From: Adineta vaga
Taxonomy: Eukaryota > Animalia > Rotifera
Direction of reading: 5' to 3'
Assembly: GCA_021613535.1 (NCBI GenBank)
Contig: CP075495.1
Span: 3,720,001 to 3,784,000, forward strand
Length of the DNA stretch: 64,000 bases
The notes beneath the pieces were generated by a model, which was not told the DNA's origin, made no database searches, and saw only the letters and a list, made by a program, of their open reading frames with translations. Positions 10,341 through 22,900 of this stretch are shown here, piece by piece. Within the stretch, counting starts at the first letter, position 1. Each line of letters opens with the position of its first letter. A program made the translations under genes and the position numbers.

Positions 10341-13300
10341 ATGCTGTATTTTCAGTACAGTATTCTTCTTTTGTGTAAGTACAATGACATTTCTTTCGAA
10401 TATAATCAATTGAATTCCATTAGTTTTTACATTCGATAATCGACATAAGATTTCAGCAAATATTGTCGATCAAATATCAATTTATGATGAAGGTAGGTGA
10501 ATTGAATAGATAAGAAATGAAATCTATTTTAATCATCCGGAATGTTAGACTGGAATCTGCTGAATGAATTCAATTTATTGAAAGAATTCATTTTTGATAC
10601 AAACGCTTATAAAAAAGAATATTGTTCTTCAAAAAATGATCTGAGTAATGCTACAAAAGAAAATCCGAATGCAATTACAATCAATCAATCAAATGGAAAT
10701 CTAAGAATTCGTAACAAATTAGAAGTAGATCATCCAATCGTTTCTGTCACAATCGAAAAAGTATCTGCAAAACAGCTTACTGGCAAACAGTTATATCAAT
10801 CGAACGGTGTTCAAATTCGATTTCCTGAACTAAATATTGATCAATCGACAATTATTAATGTAATTCGAAGACGAACATCTTTCATTTCTATAGAAAAAAA
10901 AGTCCGACTCTTTTCTTTATAGTTGATCAGTTTACCATCATCATCAATAATTTCATTAACATTACATAATCAATATGGTGAAGTTTTCAGTATTAAAAAT
11001 ACCGCCAATCCATTCGAAATTCTTATTCCCCGACCAAATATTACTCTTTTACCAGCCATGTTTCACCAAAACGTCAAATTATTATCCAACAAATCGAAAT
11101 TTACATACTACCATATTAATTTAACACACAATGTTAACTTATCAATATCTTTGCATATTGAATTGGAACCAGAAGATCGTGATCTATCGTATTTGATAAT
11201 TATTCGATTCAATGGTGTTCCTGATTTGAAAGCAAATGTTTACGATGATTGGAAAATTCTTTGTCCAAAAGGTTTGTTTCAATCATTTTGTTAAATTCTT
11301 CTATCAACAATCAGATTTTTAGATCGAAAAAATAGTTCATCAAAATATACATATTTCATTTCGAATACACGTATTGCATATCATCAATGGGCAATTATTG
11401 GTATTCGTGAACTGAAAACGTGTCATTTCGATAATTTTAATGATAAAAATGAATTTTCATCGAATTATTCGATTCGAATGTATACATCTGGTTGTTATTA
11501 TCTTGATAAATATCATACTTGGCAATCCGATGGTTTAACAGTAAGAATTTTAAAAAGAATCGAATGATTTCAGCATGTTTTATTCGATTAGGTAGGAGAA
11601 GAAACAAATGAACGTTTTACACAATGTTACTCGACACATTTAACAACATTTGCTAGTGGTTTCGTTATTCTTCCGAATCCTATCGAATTCAATGGTGATT
11701 TTGCATTTGAACGAAATCTAACAATCTATATCACATTAATTATCATTGGTTTATTGTATTTGATCACCATGTTATTTTCCTATCGTAAAGATAAAACTGA
11801 TGCAAAAATGGTACTAACAAATCTTTCCATAATCCAACAATTATTTTCTTTCTTCTTTTCAGCTGATGGTTATACCACTACTTGATAACAATCCACGGAA
11901 TACTTATCTTTATCAATTAGTCGTATTTACAGGAATGAGAGCCAATGCAGGAACGAAATCGAAAGTAAGAATATTAGAAAAAGATTTCATTTGATAGCAT
12001 TTTATGTGAGTATTTTTAAAGGTATATTTTATTCTTTCGGGAGATGATGATGATACAAATATACGAACATTAACAGGTGATCGACGAATACTTGATCGAG
12101 GACAAACAGATTCATTTATTATGGCCGTCCCACGGTAATTCAATTCGATATGTTTCATTGGTATAGATATATGTATAAATATGATTGTATAGACCACTTG
12201 GTCAATTGAATTATCTTCGTATATGGCATGATAATTCAGGATTGGATTCAGATGCTTCATGGTATTTGAAATATGTTCTTGTACGAGATTTACAAACAAT
12301 GGAAACAAATTATTTTATTTGTGAAAAATGGTTAGCCGTTGAAAAAGATTCTGGTGAAGTTCGTTATCAATTGTTCTATAGAAATGTTCAGAATAAAACT
12401 TCATTACTACTTTTTGTTTTTATAGATTGATCGAACCTTAACTGTCGCAAGTGAATTTGAACAACGAGAATTAAAACATGTTCTATCAAAAAATGCCTAT
12501 CGATCGATGGCTGATAATCATTTATGGTTTTCCATTTTTGCTTATCATTTACCATCAGCAAATCGTTTTACTCGAGTTCAACGATGTACATGTTGTTTTG
12601 TATTATTCTTCATTAGTTTATTAATGAATATTCTCTACTACGATGTTAAAGAAGAACGTACTAAGGATGAATTAGATCAATATGGATTGACTATGGGACC
12701 ATTTCATATTTCAAAAGAAGAAGTAGTTTTTTTTTCTTCTGATAGAATAGAAAACATTCTTGGTGTTTCACATTTAGATTAGTATTGGTGTTATGGTTGA
12801 ATTAATCATCTTCTTTCCAAGTTTATTTCTTGTAACTCTTTTTCGTCGAACTAAACCAAGCCATCCTCGAGCAATATCTCCAGTTGGTGAAGCTCTTCAA
12901 ACAATTCGAATGAAGAAATCACAAACAACAAATCAAACACGAATTAAAGGAAAGAAATTTCTTTTTCCATGGTGGTTTATTTTCATTGCTTATTTTCTAT
13001 CCTTCTTAATGGTGGCAACATCTGTTACTTTTATTTTATTTACAAGTGTTCGTATTGGAAATGAAAAAGTACAACAATGGCTCGGTTCAATTCTTGCAAG
13101 TTTCTGTGCATCCGTACTTCTTACACAACCATTGAAAGTTCTCTCATTAGCATTGTTATTCATGTGTCTCTGTCAAAAGAAAGAACAAGTCGAAGCTTTT
13201 ATTGAACAAGAAGATCCATTGGAAGATTTTACGGTGTCAACAACAGATCCACATCGAAAATTTCCTGTAAGAAAATTCTTACATCTAGTTTTTCACTTCA

Positions 13301-15340
13301 TTAATTATGTTATTCTTTTCTTTATAGCCAAGATCTATTTTAGCTAAAACTCGTCTTGATCCTTATCATGCTCGACGTCAAAAAGAATTCTTGGATAATT
13401 TACGAGCTATGCGTTTGAAAGAAGTCAAAGCATGGTTTATTCTACGTGAATTAGCATTACTTTTAGTATTTCTAGGCACTCTCTATGCAATAAGTTATGC
13501 TAATCGTGATGTCGCTAAGTCTCATCAAATGGTCAATTATTTACAACGAGAATTTCTCAAACCAGATCGTCGTTATGTAAATAAATCAAATTCTGCAGAA
13601 CGAAAATCAATTTATATTACTGATAATATTCAAACAATTGATGAATATTGGAAATGGTTAGAAGAAGTTTTTCCGACGAAATACGAAAAAATGTTGTGGA
13701 AGGATAACATAAATAATAAAAGATTATTAAATCAAAATACACGAACAAATCGAATCATAGGATGGCCTAGTTTACGACAGTTACGTGTCAAAAATGGTGC
13801 TGATCTGCTTTTTTTATAAAATCTTCACCATAACAGTTTGTTTTGTATTTATTTTAGAATCATGTCCACGCAACGCACTTAATGGTCGAATGAAAATTGA
13901 TGATTGTAATCGACCTTATACTTGGTATAATGAAGCCAAAACACCTTTTGGCTATGATATTGATGAAATTACTACAGAGCACTTCACTTATCCATTTAAA
14001 TACAAATCATCAGAAGATAAAACATTAATTTATTCGACAACATATGCAACGTATATGGCTGGTGGTTATGTACATGAAATTCGTGGTAGTAATATTGATG
14101 CAATTCGAAATGGTATACGAAATCTACGAACCCATCATTGGATTGATCGATATACACGTGCTGTTTTTCTTACATTTGGTTTATATAATCCAAATGCTAA
14201 TCTATTTGTTTATTGTTCATTTCTTCTTGAACAATTACCAATTACGAATACAGTTATCTTTCAAGCATCATTTCAACCATTTAAACTTGTTCAATTATAT
14301 ACAGGAACAGAACTTCTCTATTGTCTTAGCTATTTAATATTGATTATCTATTATATGATTACAGAAATCAAATTGTTTCTAGAAACGCGTCAAGGTTATA
14401 TAAAACAATTTTGGTCATATGTTAATTGGGCAATTATTATATGTTCATGGTTTGGAGTTGTTATACATGTTTATCGACAAATAGAAGTAAAGAAAATGGC
14501 AAAAATTTTAGAAAGAACAAAAGGACAAGAACCAATTAATCTACAACTTTTTTCATATCTTGATAATGTTTTAACATATTTACTTGGATTTTGTTGCTTT
14601 TTTGGTACAGTGAAAATGTAAGTATAAACACTCGATGATATCTGATAGAATAATAATCATAATGAATTTTCTTTCTCTTAGACTTCGTCTCCTTCGTTTT
14701 AATCGTCGTCTATCATTATTACATTTAACATTAAAGAAATCGGCTCGACAAATTCTTGGTTTTATCTTCATGTTTTCAATTGTCTTTGTTGCTTTTATTT
14801 CCCTATTCTATCTTTTATTTCATTCACATTTAAAACATTATTCAACATGGTTAGAAACAAGTTGGACATGTTTTGAAATGATTTCATTACATTTTTCGAC
14901 CGTACCAGAATTATCACATTTTGATCCATTTATTGCTGGTATCAGTTTATTTCTCTTTGTTTTCTTGGGAATTTATACATTAAGTAATATGTTTATTTCG
15001 ATTATTGTGGATAATTTTAATATAATTCGTCAAATTGAATTGAAACAAAAGAATGAAGTAGAATTACTTCAATTTATATCGATTAAAATGAAACGATGGC
15101 TAGGTAATTGAACATATCTTTTCGAGAATATAAAATAAAAATGATATTGATGTATTTCTATAGGCTTAAGATCATATAAAAATGAATTGGAAAAGAACAA
15201 AAATCCAGTTGTTGAATTTCCTGAGAAAATTGATCGATTAATGATTGCTATTGATAAAGTAATCATAATTGTAGATATTTCTTTGAAAATAATGTTCTAT
15301 TCTTTGACCATTTTAGGTATATAATAATCAACGATATTGA
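10341..15340 (+). CDS. Polycystin-1 family (PKD1-like/LOV-1-like) protein: GAIN/GPS, PLAT/LH2, polycystin cation-channel domain
   Basis: Spliced model begins MLYFQYSILLLFFTF (signal-like). GPS: CYYLD...WQSDGL...TQCYSTHLTTFASGF. PLAT: YQLVVFTG...AGTKSKV...LRIWHDNSG...WYL. Also RFTRVQRCTCC, IIGWPSLRQLRVK, WIDRYTRAVF...LYNPNANLF and NMFISII. Stop TGA at 15338-15340. Confidence 0.92.
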
Positions 15341-16800
15341 TTATCAAATAAACTCATTCTTTGCTTTTTGCTTTTGCTTTGATTTGGAAATACAATTTTT
15401 ACTAAAACAATAAACTATCCTTTGTCCATTGTCACAATTCTCTATCATAGCTTTCGATATTTACAACAATCTGTATACTTATGGTTTAATAACTAGTTAT
15501 GAATAAAAATGTCTAACAAACTCTGAAATCAATACTTTTCTGTCTAATATATATAATTTTCTCTGAAGGTTGATTTCCAGCTTATTATTAATTAACATCC
15601 GTTCACTATCTATGATTATGACACTATATTGAAAAGTATTTTCGACTGTTAAGTGCTTCTTTTTATTGTACGAATGACATCCAATTATACATCAGTTGAC
15701 TGATCGAATTCATATAATCTATTTTAATTATATGCTGAAAATCTTTTATAATCGAGAAATCATCATGTTTTTGTGTTTAATTATTTTCTTGGAAAGACAC
15801 TTTCGACAACGATTGTTTTCTTATGACCTAGTCGTCAGCAGAATGATAATAAATAAACAATATTCTCCAAAGTTTCACTTACTTCTTTTTCTCTCTGTCT
15901 TATTCATTTCTCTTTCCATGGGAACGAATAGACCATGTTTTATTTTATTTTTATTTTATAGAGTCATATGTACCCTATCGTTTCCATTGAGTTATTTTTA
16001 AGAATATTTCATTACACAAATCGCTTTCGGCATCATGTTAGCCCAATCAATTGTTTGTTGACTACAACGAGAAAACATTATTCTTCTTTAATACAAAACT
16101 TTTGTATTAGTAGGCCTATAATTGTCTGTAAGAAAAACATTTTTATAGTCGCTCTTCAATGAAATATCAAGATGATGTGGATCGATCGTGAATAAATTCA
16201 TATGAACGGAAAATAGGATTAAGAACTTTAGTTGACATGTATGATGAGCACAGATTATCGATGTTTAACACTTCTCTGAGTGAGACTAGATTTATGAGAT
16301 TCTTTTCTCATGTTGAATGATCACTTCATTCTTCTAGATGATAAAACACGAACTCGATGCACTTTTTAATTAACATTAGAAATCAAATAAGTTCTTTTCT
16401 AAAGCTTATTTTTCTTCTTGTCATAAAATATTCATTCTAAACTGATTTGTAGATAACATGTAAATATGTTTTTTCTTTCATATCCGTTGAAATTGATGAA
16501 TTTTTAATACTCTCATCAGACATGGTTTTTAGTGAAATATTCGAAGAACAAATACTAACATTAAATAATATTTAATATTCATGAATGCATCTTTTAAAAC
16601 TTCATAATTTTTATATTAGTGTCGATGAAGGACTCGATCTATGCATCGAATAACGTGCCAGAGTCTATTATTCTTTTTTTTAGCAATCAAAAATAAGCGT
16701 GTTCACATGGAGATTGCTAGGGATAGAAACTAGAATAAATATAAGAGGGAAAGTGTTTATTGCAGAGGAATTGTACAATGTTGTCAACGTACAAAATTGT

Positions 16801-17279
16801 TTAGCCTAATAAACCATACTGAGGTCTACCGCCACGTCGTTCTCTCATATCATTTAACCAATTTTGAAAATCGTCTTCAGATTCTGGTACTAGAATAAAA
16901 GAAGAATCGAATTTATTTTCTTGTTTGCAATCTAATCTATTTTACCTTCGGTTCGTTTACCCAAATAACCGTAAGCATAACGTTTTCCCAATACACCAAA
17001 TTTTAAATGATGACGACGAACGGGTACTGGCATGTTTTGTTCTATTGCTGCTAATCCATTTGCTTCTTTTTTGTCTCGTAATGATGCATTATTTTCATCA
17101 CTTCCACTACTTTCAATCATTGCCGATTTCTCATTGATTACTGCAGCTGCATCTAAAAAGAGAATTCCAATTTTCTTTGAGGACAAAAACGAAGAAAATC
17201 GATTACCTAGATAAGCTTTTTGGAAAACAAGCACCAATACAAAGCTGGCAAATATGAATAAATTTGATGAGAATTTCAT
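16801..17279 (-). CDS. Neuropeptide precursor (3 coding exons) yielding HHLKFGVL-amide, YAYGYL-amide and GGRPQYGLL-amide
   Basis: Exons 17279-17207, 17152-16946 and 16889-16801. Signal peptide MKFSSNLFIFASFVLVLVFQKAYL, then RR-peptide-GKR-peptide-GKR and RR-GGRPQYGLLG-stop (dibasic cleavage sites plus Gly amidation donors). Confidence 0.88.
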
Positions 17280-18055
17280 TCCTTGTTATAATCTAGAATT
17301 AGAGAATCAGACATGTTTGAATCGCATATACTTTTAGCTTGAATAGAATGCATAGACAGATGCATAAATGTAAATTGTTCATTGTAAATCACAATTCTAA
17401 ATGATAACATCAAGAGAAATAGGATCAGTTCTTTATACATATAGCTTGACTTCATTTGATTTTCTCTTCACTTCTTCTCTTCTCTCTCTTTCTTCCTTTC
17501 TCGATCTCGTTCTTCTCCATTTTTCCATTAAGATCAGTACTTTTCATTTTCTCCTCGTCCATTTTTTTTTCTAAGATTTTCTCGTTTGTCATCGCATTTA
17601 ATTTATTAAGAGTCTATATTTTAAGTATGTAAACGCATAGAAGAAAAAAAGAAGATGAGAGAGATGGCTTAGTAAGCATTCTTCTAGATGAACTGTCGGA
17701 AAACATGATTAGTCTTTTAGTCAAATCTCTTATTCGATCTCCACTAGCATTGCCTTCGCCCTTTCTCTCTCTCTCTTTCGATCAATATATAAACATATCG
17801 AGAGAAAAGAACTGCTCGATATTAATTCAATTGACTAATCAAAAATAAATAGATGCGCTCAATTTCCTATTAAGCATTGATTATATTGATATAATCAATG
17901 ATGTGATACGATGGGAGAGAGAAAATACACCGATGTTGTTTCGACACTTTCATACTAAACAAACAAGAAAAATATTTTCTATTTATTCAAGAGAAATGCG
18001 CGCTCGGATTGTTTTTTTTACTAGACTTTTCTTATCATTTGTCCTTGATAGGTCA

Positions 18056-19941
18056 ATGTTTCTTGGACGTATGATTGATTCAATCATGCCTGGTTCGAAT
18101 GGATCATTCTTTGATCTAGTTAAAGGTGAATCTATACGAAAAAGTTTAAAATCAATTCGAACACATGATTCACCGATGTCAAAAACATCACATATGATAT
18201 TAAAACGATATTTTTGTAATGAAAAAAATCTTTTCATAGAAAAATATAATTCAAAACAGATCGATAATGCTACTCTGAAAGATTTCGTTCTTCAACGACG
18301 TCTTGGCCAAGGTAGTTTTAGAACAGTTGCTTCAGCTAATCATAGAAGGAAATCTGTTGCAATGAAAATTCTTGAAAAACATCATATCGTTAAATTAAAA
18401 CAAATTCGGCATGTTATTAATGAATGTCATTTATTAGGAGCAATTCATTGTCCATTTATTGTTTAAATTTCAAGATCATGGGAATTTATTGGTGCTGGAG
18501 AGATTTTTATCGAGTTTTTGTTACATTCTAAGTATAATAAACAATTTTTTTCTGAGAAAAGGTTAATTCTAAATTGTGAGCGAGGATAGGTCTGGAGAAA
18601 AAAAGTGAATTGTAATCGAGCAAAATAATGTATTCCGGTATTTTTGCAATCAAATATTCTTTTAATGTTGAAAGAAAATCTTTAGTTTCTATCAAGCAGA
18701 ATAATCCGTTCTTGATGCATTCATCTAAGATATTGTTCCACTCGCAATATCTTTTTCATATTGAAAAATGAAGAGTCGTCATACAATCGGACTTACAGTG
18801 AATGAACGGTGTAATTTAATGTAATGGTATGAATGTAGTAAATTGTATTGACCTTTTGATAGTAACAATAGTTGAAAAGAATATTGAAATGTACGTGAAT
18901 TGAATTATAATCTTGAATATTTAAGGACATTAATTTATATCCAGGTATGTCTACCTGGCAAGAATTTCTTTGATAGGAATAGAAGGAAACGAATTGTCTG
19001 TGCTAATCGAAAATAAATATTCAATATATTAACTTTCTTAGTATGCTGCAGGTTTTATTGTGAAGATTTGTGTAATCTTTAATTTACATGTTTCCTCATA
19101 TGCGAAAACAGAAGAATAAACGACTTTCTCACACTCTTGCTTTTGAATATTTACAATATCTTGATATATGGTAAAACGAAACCTTTCACATTTCGAACTA
19201 TTCTTTGTAATTTTCAGCCAAAGAGATTTAAAACCAAGTCTGTTTGATATCATAAAGAATTCATATAGATCTGCTCAATCTATGCAGAAAATTGTCTAAT
19301 TACTTATGATGGTTTTGTTAAATTAACTGATTTTGGTTTTGCAAAGATTGTGTCCGGTCGTACCTATACTCTGTGTGGTACAGCACAATATTTAGCATCT
19401 GAAATTCTCTCAAATAGAGGTTATGATAAGAAACAACACTTTAGTCAACTTTTAATATCATGAATCATAAACAAATATTTAGGTAAAGGTGTTGATTGGT
19501 GGTGTTTAGGAATATATCTTTATGAACTTAATGCTGGTTTTTCACCACTTCATGCACTCGACCATACAACACTTTATTCGCTTATATTACATTGTGGTAA
19601 AATAGAAAATTTTGTTTATTTTGTGTTGATTTTTATTTTCTCCAAAGAATATAAATTTCCAAAACATTTCAAAGTTGATCTAAAATCAATAATACGTCAA
19701 TTATTACAGATCGATATAACAAAACGATTTGTTTGTTTAGCAAATGGTGCACAAGATATAAAAAATCATGTTTATTTTCAACGAATCAATTGGTTAGCAT
19801 TATATGAAAAAAAAGTTCATTCAGAATATAAACCATCATTAAAAAAAAGGCTATGAATATGAATATTTCGAAAAGAAAAAAGATTTTACTCTAGCAAAAT
19901 CATCTGTATGTTTATATGAGAAAGAATTTGAAGATTTTTAA
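18056..19941 (+). pseudogene. Degenerate cAMP-dependent protein kinase catalytic subunit (PKA-C-like) pseudogene
   Basis: PKA motifs LGQGSF, AMKILEK..IVKLKQ, RDLKP, DFGFAK...TYTLCGT..YLA, KGVDWW and C-terminal KEFEDF*. Lesions: stop at 18464-18466, missing subdomain V-VIa, donor GT>AT at 19426, +1 frameshift at 19841-19848. Confidence 0.85.
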
Positions 19942-22900
19942 CTAGTTGTATTCTTGTGATTATATTGGACTAAAGATATGATTCCTTATAATGTCATTCG
20001 TTGATTATTGATATTCGAACAGTGGGTGTGGATGTCGTCTCTATTTCACAATATACACATAGATAGATAGTTATATGTATATATTTATCAAGAATGATCA
20101 TGACAATAATGTCAGCAAGAGATTGATAATGATCGTTTTGACCTTCAGCATCAGTTAACTAAACAATATTATTCGAACGATTTCTTCTATATAAATATAT
20201 CACGATTAGTATGAAAATCTGCAAGATTCATAGACTTATTTTCTTAGCTTCGAATAAACCAGAAAGAACATCTGGAAAATTGATTTGACATATAAACATT
20301 TACTGTATACCTTTAAGTCGATTGTCGTACGCTTACTAGACTTCATAATTGAAATACATGAAGTGACACTACTCTCCAGGCCTATACTAAAAATAAGATT
20401 ACAATATTTCAACGTAAATAGAAACAAAGAAAGAGACTTCATTTTATCCATATCAATCGTACGAATCGTATCCACTTGATGTACAACTGTTCAATTGTTA
20501 ACAAGTAAGTATTCGTCTAAGTAGACAGATCATAGTCATTATATGAAGAATTATTTCGTGATTGATTTCTTTTCAGTTAAATCTTATTGGTATCATGTTT
20601 AATAGTATTTCTCTTTGAAATTTATTTTAGTCAAATAGATTTTTAATGAGAGAGTTTCTTTCATAGACAAAAGACACGGATGTGAACATCCGCTACACTA
20701 TGTCGTGATATATTATAGACAAAAAATAATTTCGTTGTTTTTTGTTGATATTATTCATTTATGCAGTACTTAAAGTCATCGTCATGCCAATTAGATAATT
20801 TATCATTAACTGACATTTTCTTATAGTGGACTTTTTGAAGAATGACGTTATAGATTGTTAGATCTTTTTTTCTTCTAATATTGATATCATTTTTCTTAGT
20901 AAGACCAACAAGGTCAAATCATTTTCTTGTTGTATTTGTCGATGATCGATGAAATGTCGTCTGTTATTTAACGCGTTGCTTTCTAATCGCTGCCATTCAA
21001 AGATGATAAATGACACAACATATATACACTGGAGAGTCGCCACCCTCGATTGACTTAACCCATTAAATACATATCACGATCTCACAAAGAGAATTTCAAC
21101 AGCCGTAACTCTCAATGTCTTCTAATAAATCAGAAGTCTTCGAAGATATTTTTATCATTTGCTGGTTGAATGTCTTTACATGCCAACAGTCATAAATGAT
21201 TAGTATATTTTCTTTTCTATGCTTCGTCTCTTACGATATTATTTAAGAGTATGTGGGTGTTTGGATAAGTACACAAGATGATGATGATGGCGATGATAAA
21301 AACAGATCTTTTCTGTCGAGTGTTTGAAATGTAAATGTCTTCGCTTTTCTTCTCCTTTGAGTTCCACTCAATAATAAAACGCATTTGTTTAGTTACTTCA
21401 TCATTTCAATATTGTAACCGAGAAATTAATTGATGGATAGAATAGATGGAGAAAAAAGAGATACGATAAGATGAGTACCAATAACGAGCATTGCATTCTG
21501 TCATATTGTCGTTCTTTCCATTCATTCACCCTAAAATTCTTCGAACTAACATATATACAGATGTATGTATATCCATCCAGATGATCTGTCGTTTTTTCTC
21601 GTCGTAGAATGAGACAATAATATGAGAAAGGAAAAAGCGCGGAAGACATCACGAAAAACTTTAGTCTAGTGATTTTTTTTCTTTTGTTAGACAAACGATT
21701 CTTTCTACGACAGTATATAAACCCGAACGTTGTCGAAGAAATTCTTCGTTACTATCGAGCAACCATAGTATATTACTAGCAGTAACGACAGATTCTATTT
21801 TCTCTCGTTCGTTCTCCTTTTCTTTTTCTATTACATTTTTTTTGCGCACATTGCCCACGCTATTGAATAGACATTAGTGCCAATGATTTTTTCTTTCATG
21901 TTGTACGGCAGCAAGCGAAGACGATAATAACAAACAATACTCAGACTAATACTCATCCACGTTGCTTGTACCAGAAAGAACCACGAGACGAAAACATAGA
22001 GAAAGAAAAACGTTTTGTTGGTTTTTGTTAACCGTTACCAGTAAGATCACAAGTCGTTAGAGATTTATTGTCGACTGTTGTCTTTTCATTTACTCGTTTT
22101 ATGTAAGTATAATTGAACGATTTCTTAGTATTTACTGCAATAGTTGTGTCAAGTATCAGATTAAGGTCGTCAGCAACGTAAGAAGAGATGGATCGATGAC
22201 AATTTATCTGCATTCTTCATATGAATATATGTTAAGAAAACAAAATATACCAGTTGGAATAATTCATCCATATATTGATTGGATGTCTCGTATTTTCCTA
22301 GGTAGAAATGCTAAAGTTGCTCTACTCGTTTGTTTCTATCCACCCGCCCTTCGGCAGCATGTGCTAATTTGATCGGCATCATCGTCCATATAGGAAATAC
22401 TAAGATAATTGACAATTGTGTGTGCAAATGCACACCAAAACTTCTCGTTCCAGCTACACTTGGTAGTCAACTAAACAACTATACAATCAATTTTCATTTT
22501 GCATTCATCATTCACATTATATAGACAAGAGACAACCTCTTTATTTTCATGTCTTTCATACTTCATTGTGACAATAACAATAAGTAAATTTGACATCTTT
22601 TCTTTTCTTGAAAAACTATCATCTTCTTTCTTTTATATATTCACAGTTAAATGTTCCATCGAGAATTACATCTTTTTCTTTTTTCTTTGTTGCATGTAGA
22701 TTTATGAAAAGAGATTCAACTATATGTAAATCCTAAACATTATTCATAGTCATAAAAATCCGTTAGTTATATGAGATTTCATCATCTATTATTGTCATTT
22801 CTTAACGGACGACGTTAAACAAATGAGAAGTTTTTAAATCTTAATGAATTATATATATATATATACATATTTCTAACATCAATTAGTTATCTTGAAAAGA

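Noticed and set aside
21694-21793. H/ACA snoRNA (two hairpins followed by ACA)
   Set aside because: No ANANNA H box in the hinge, and the two hairpins overlap.
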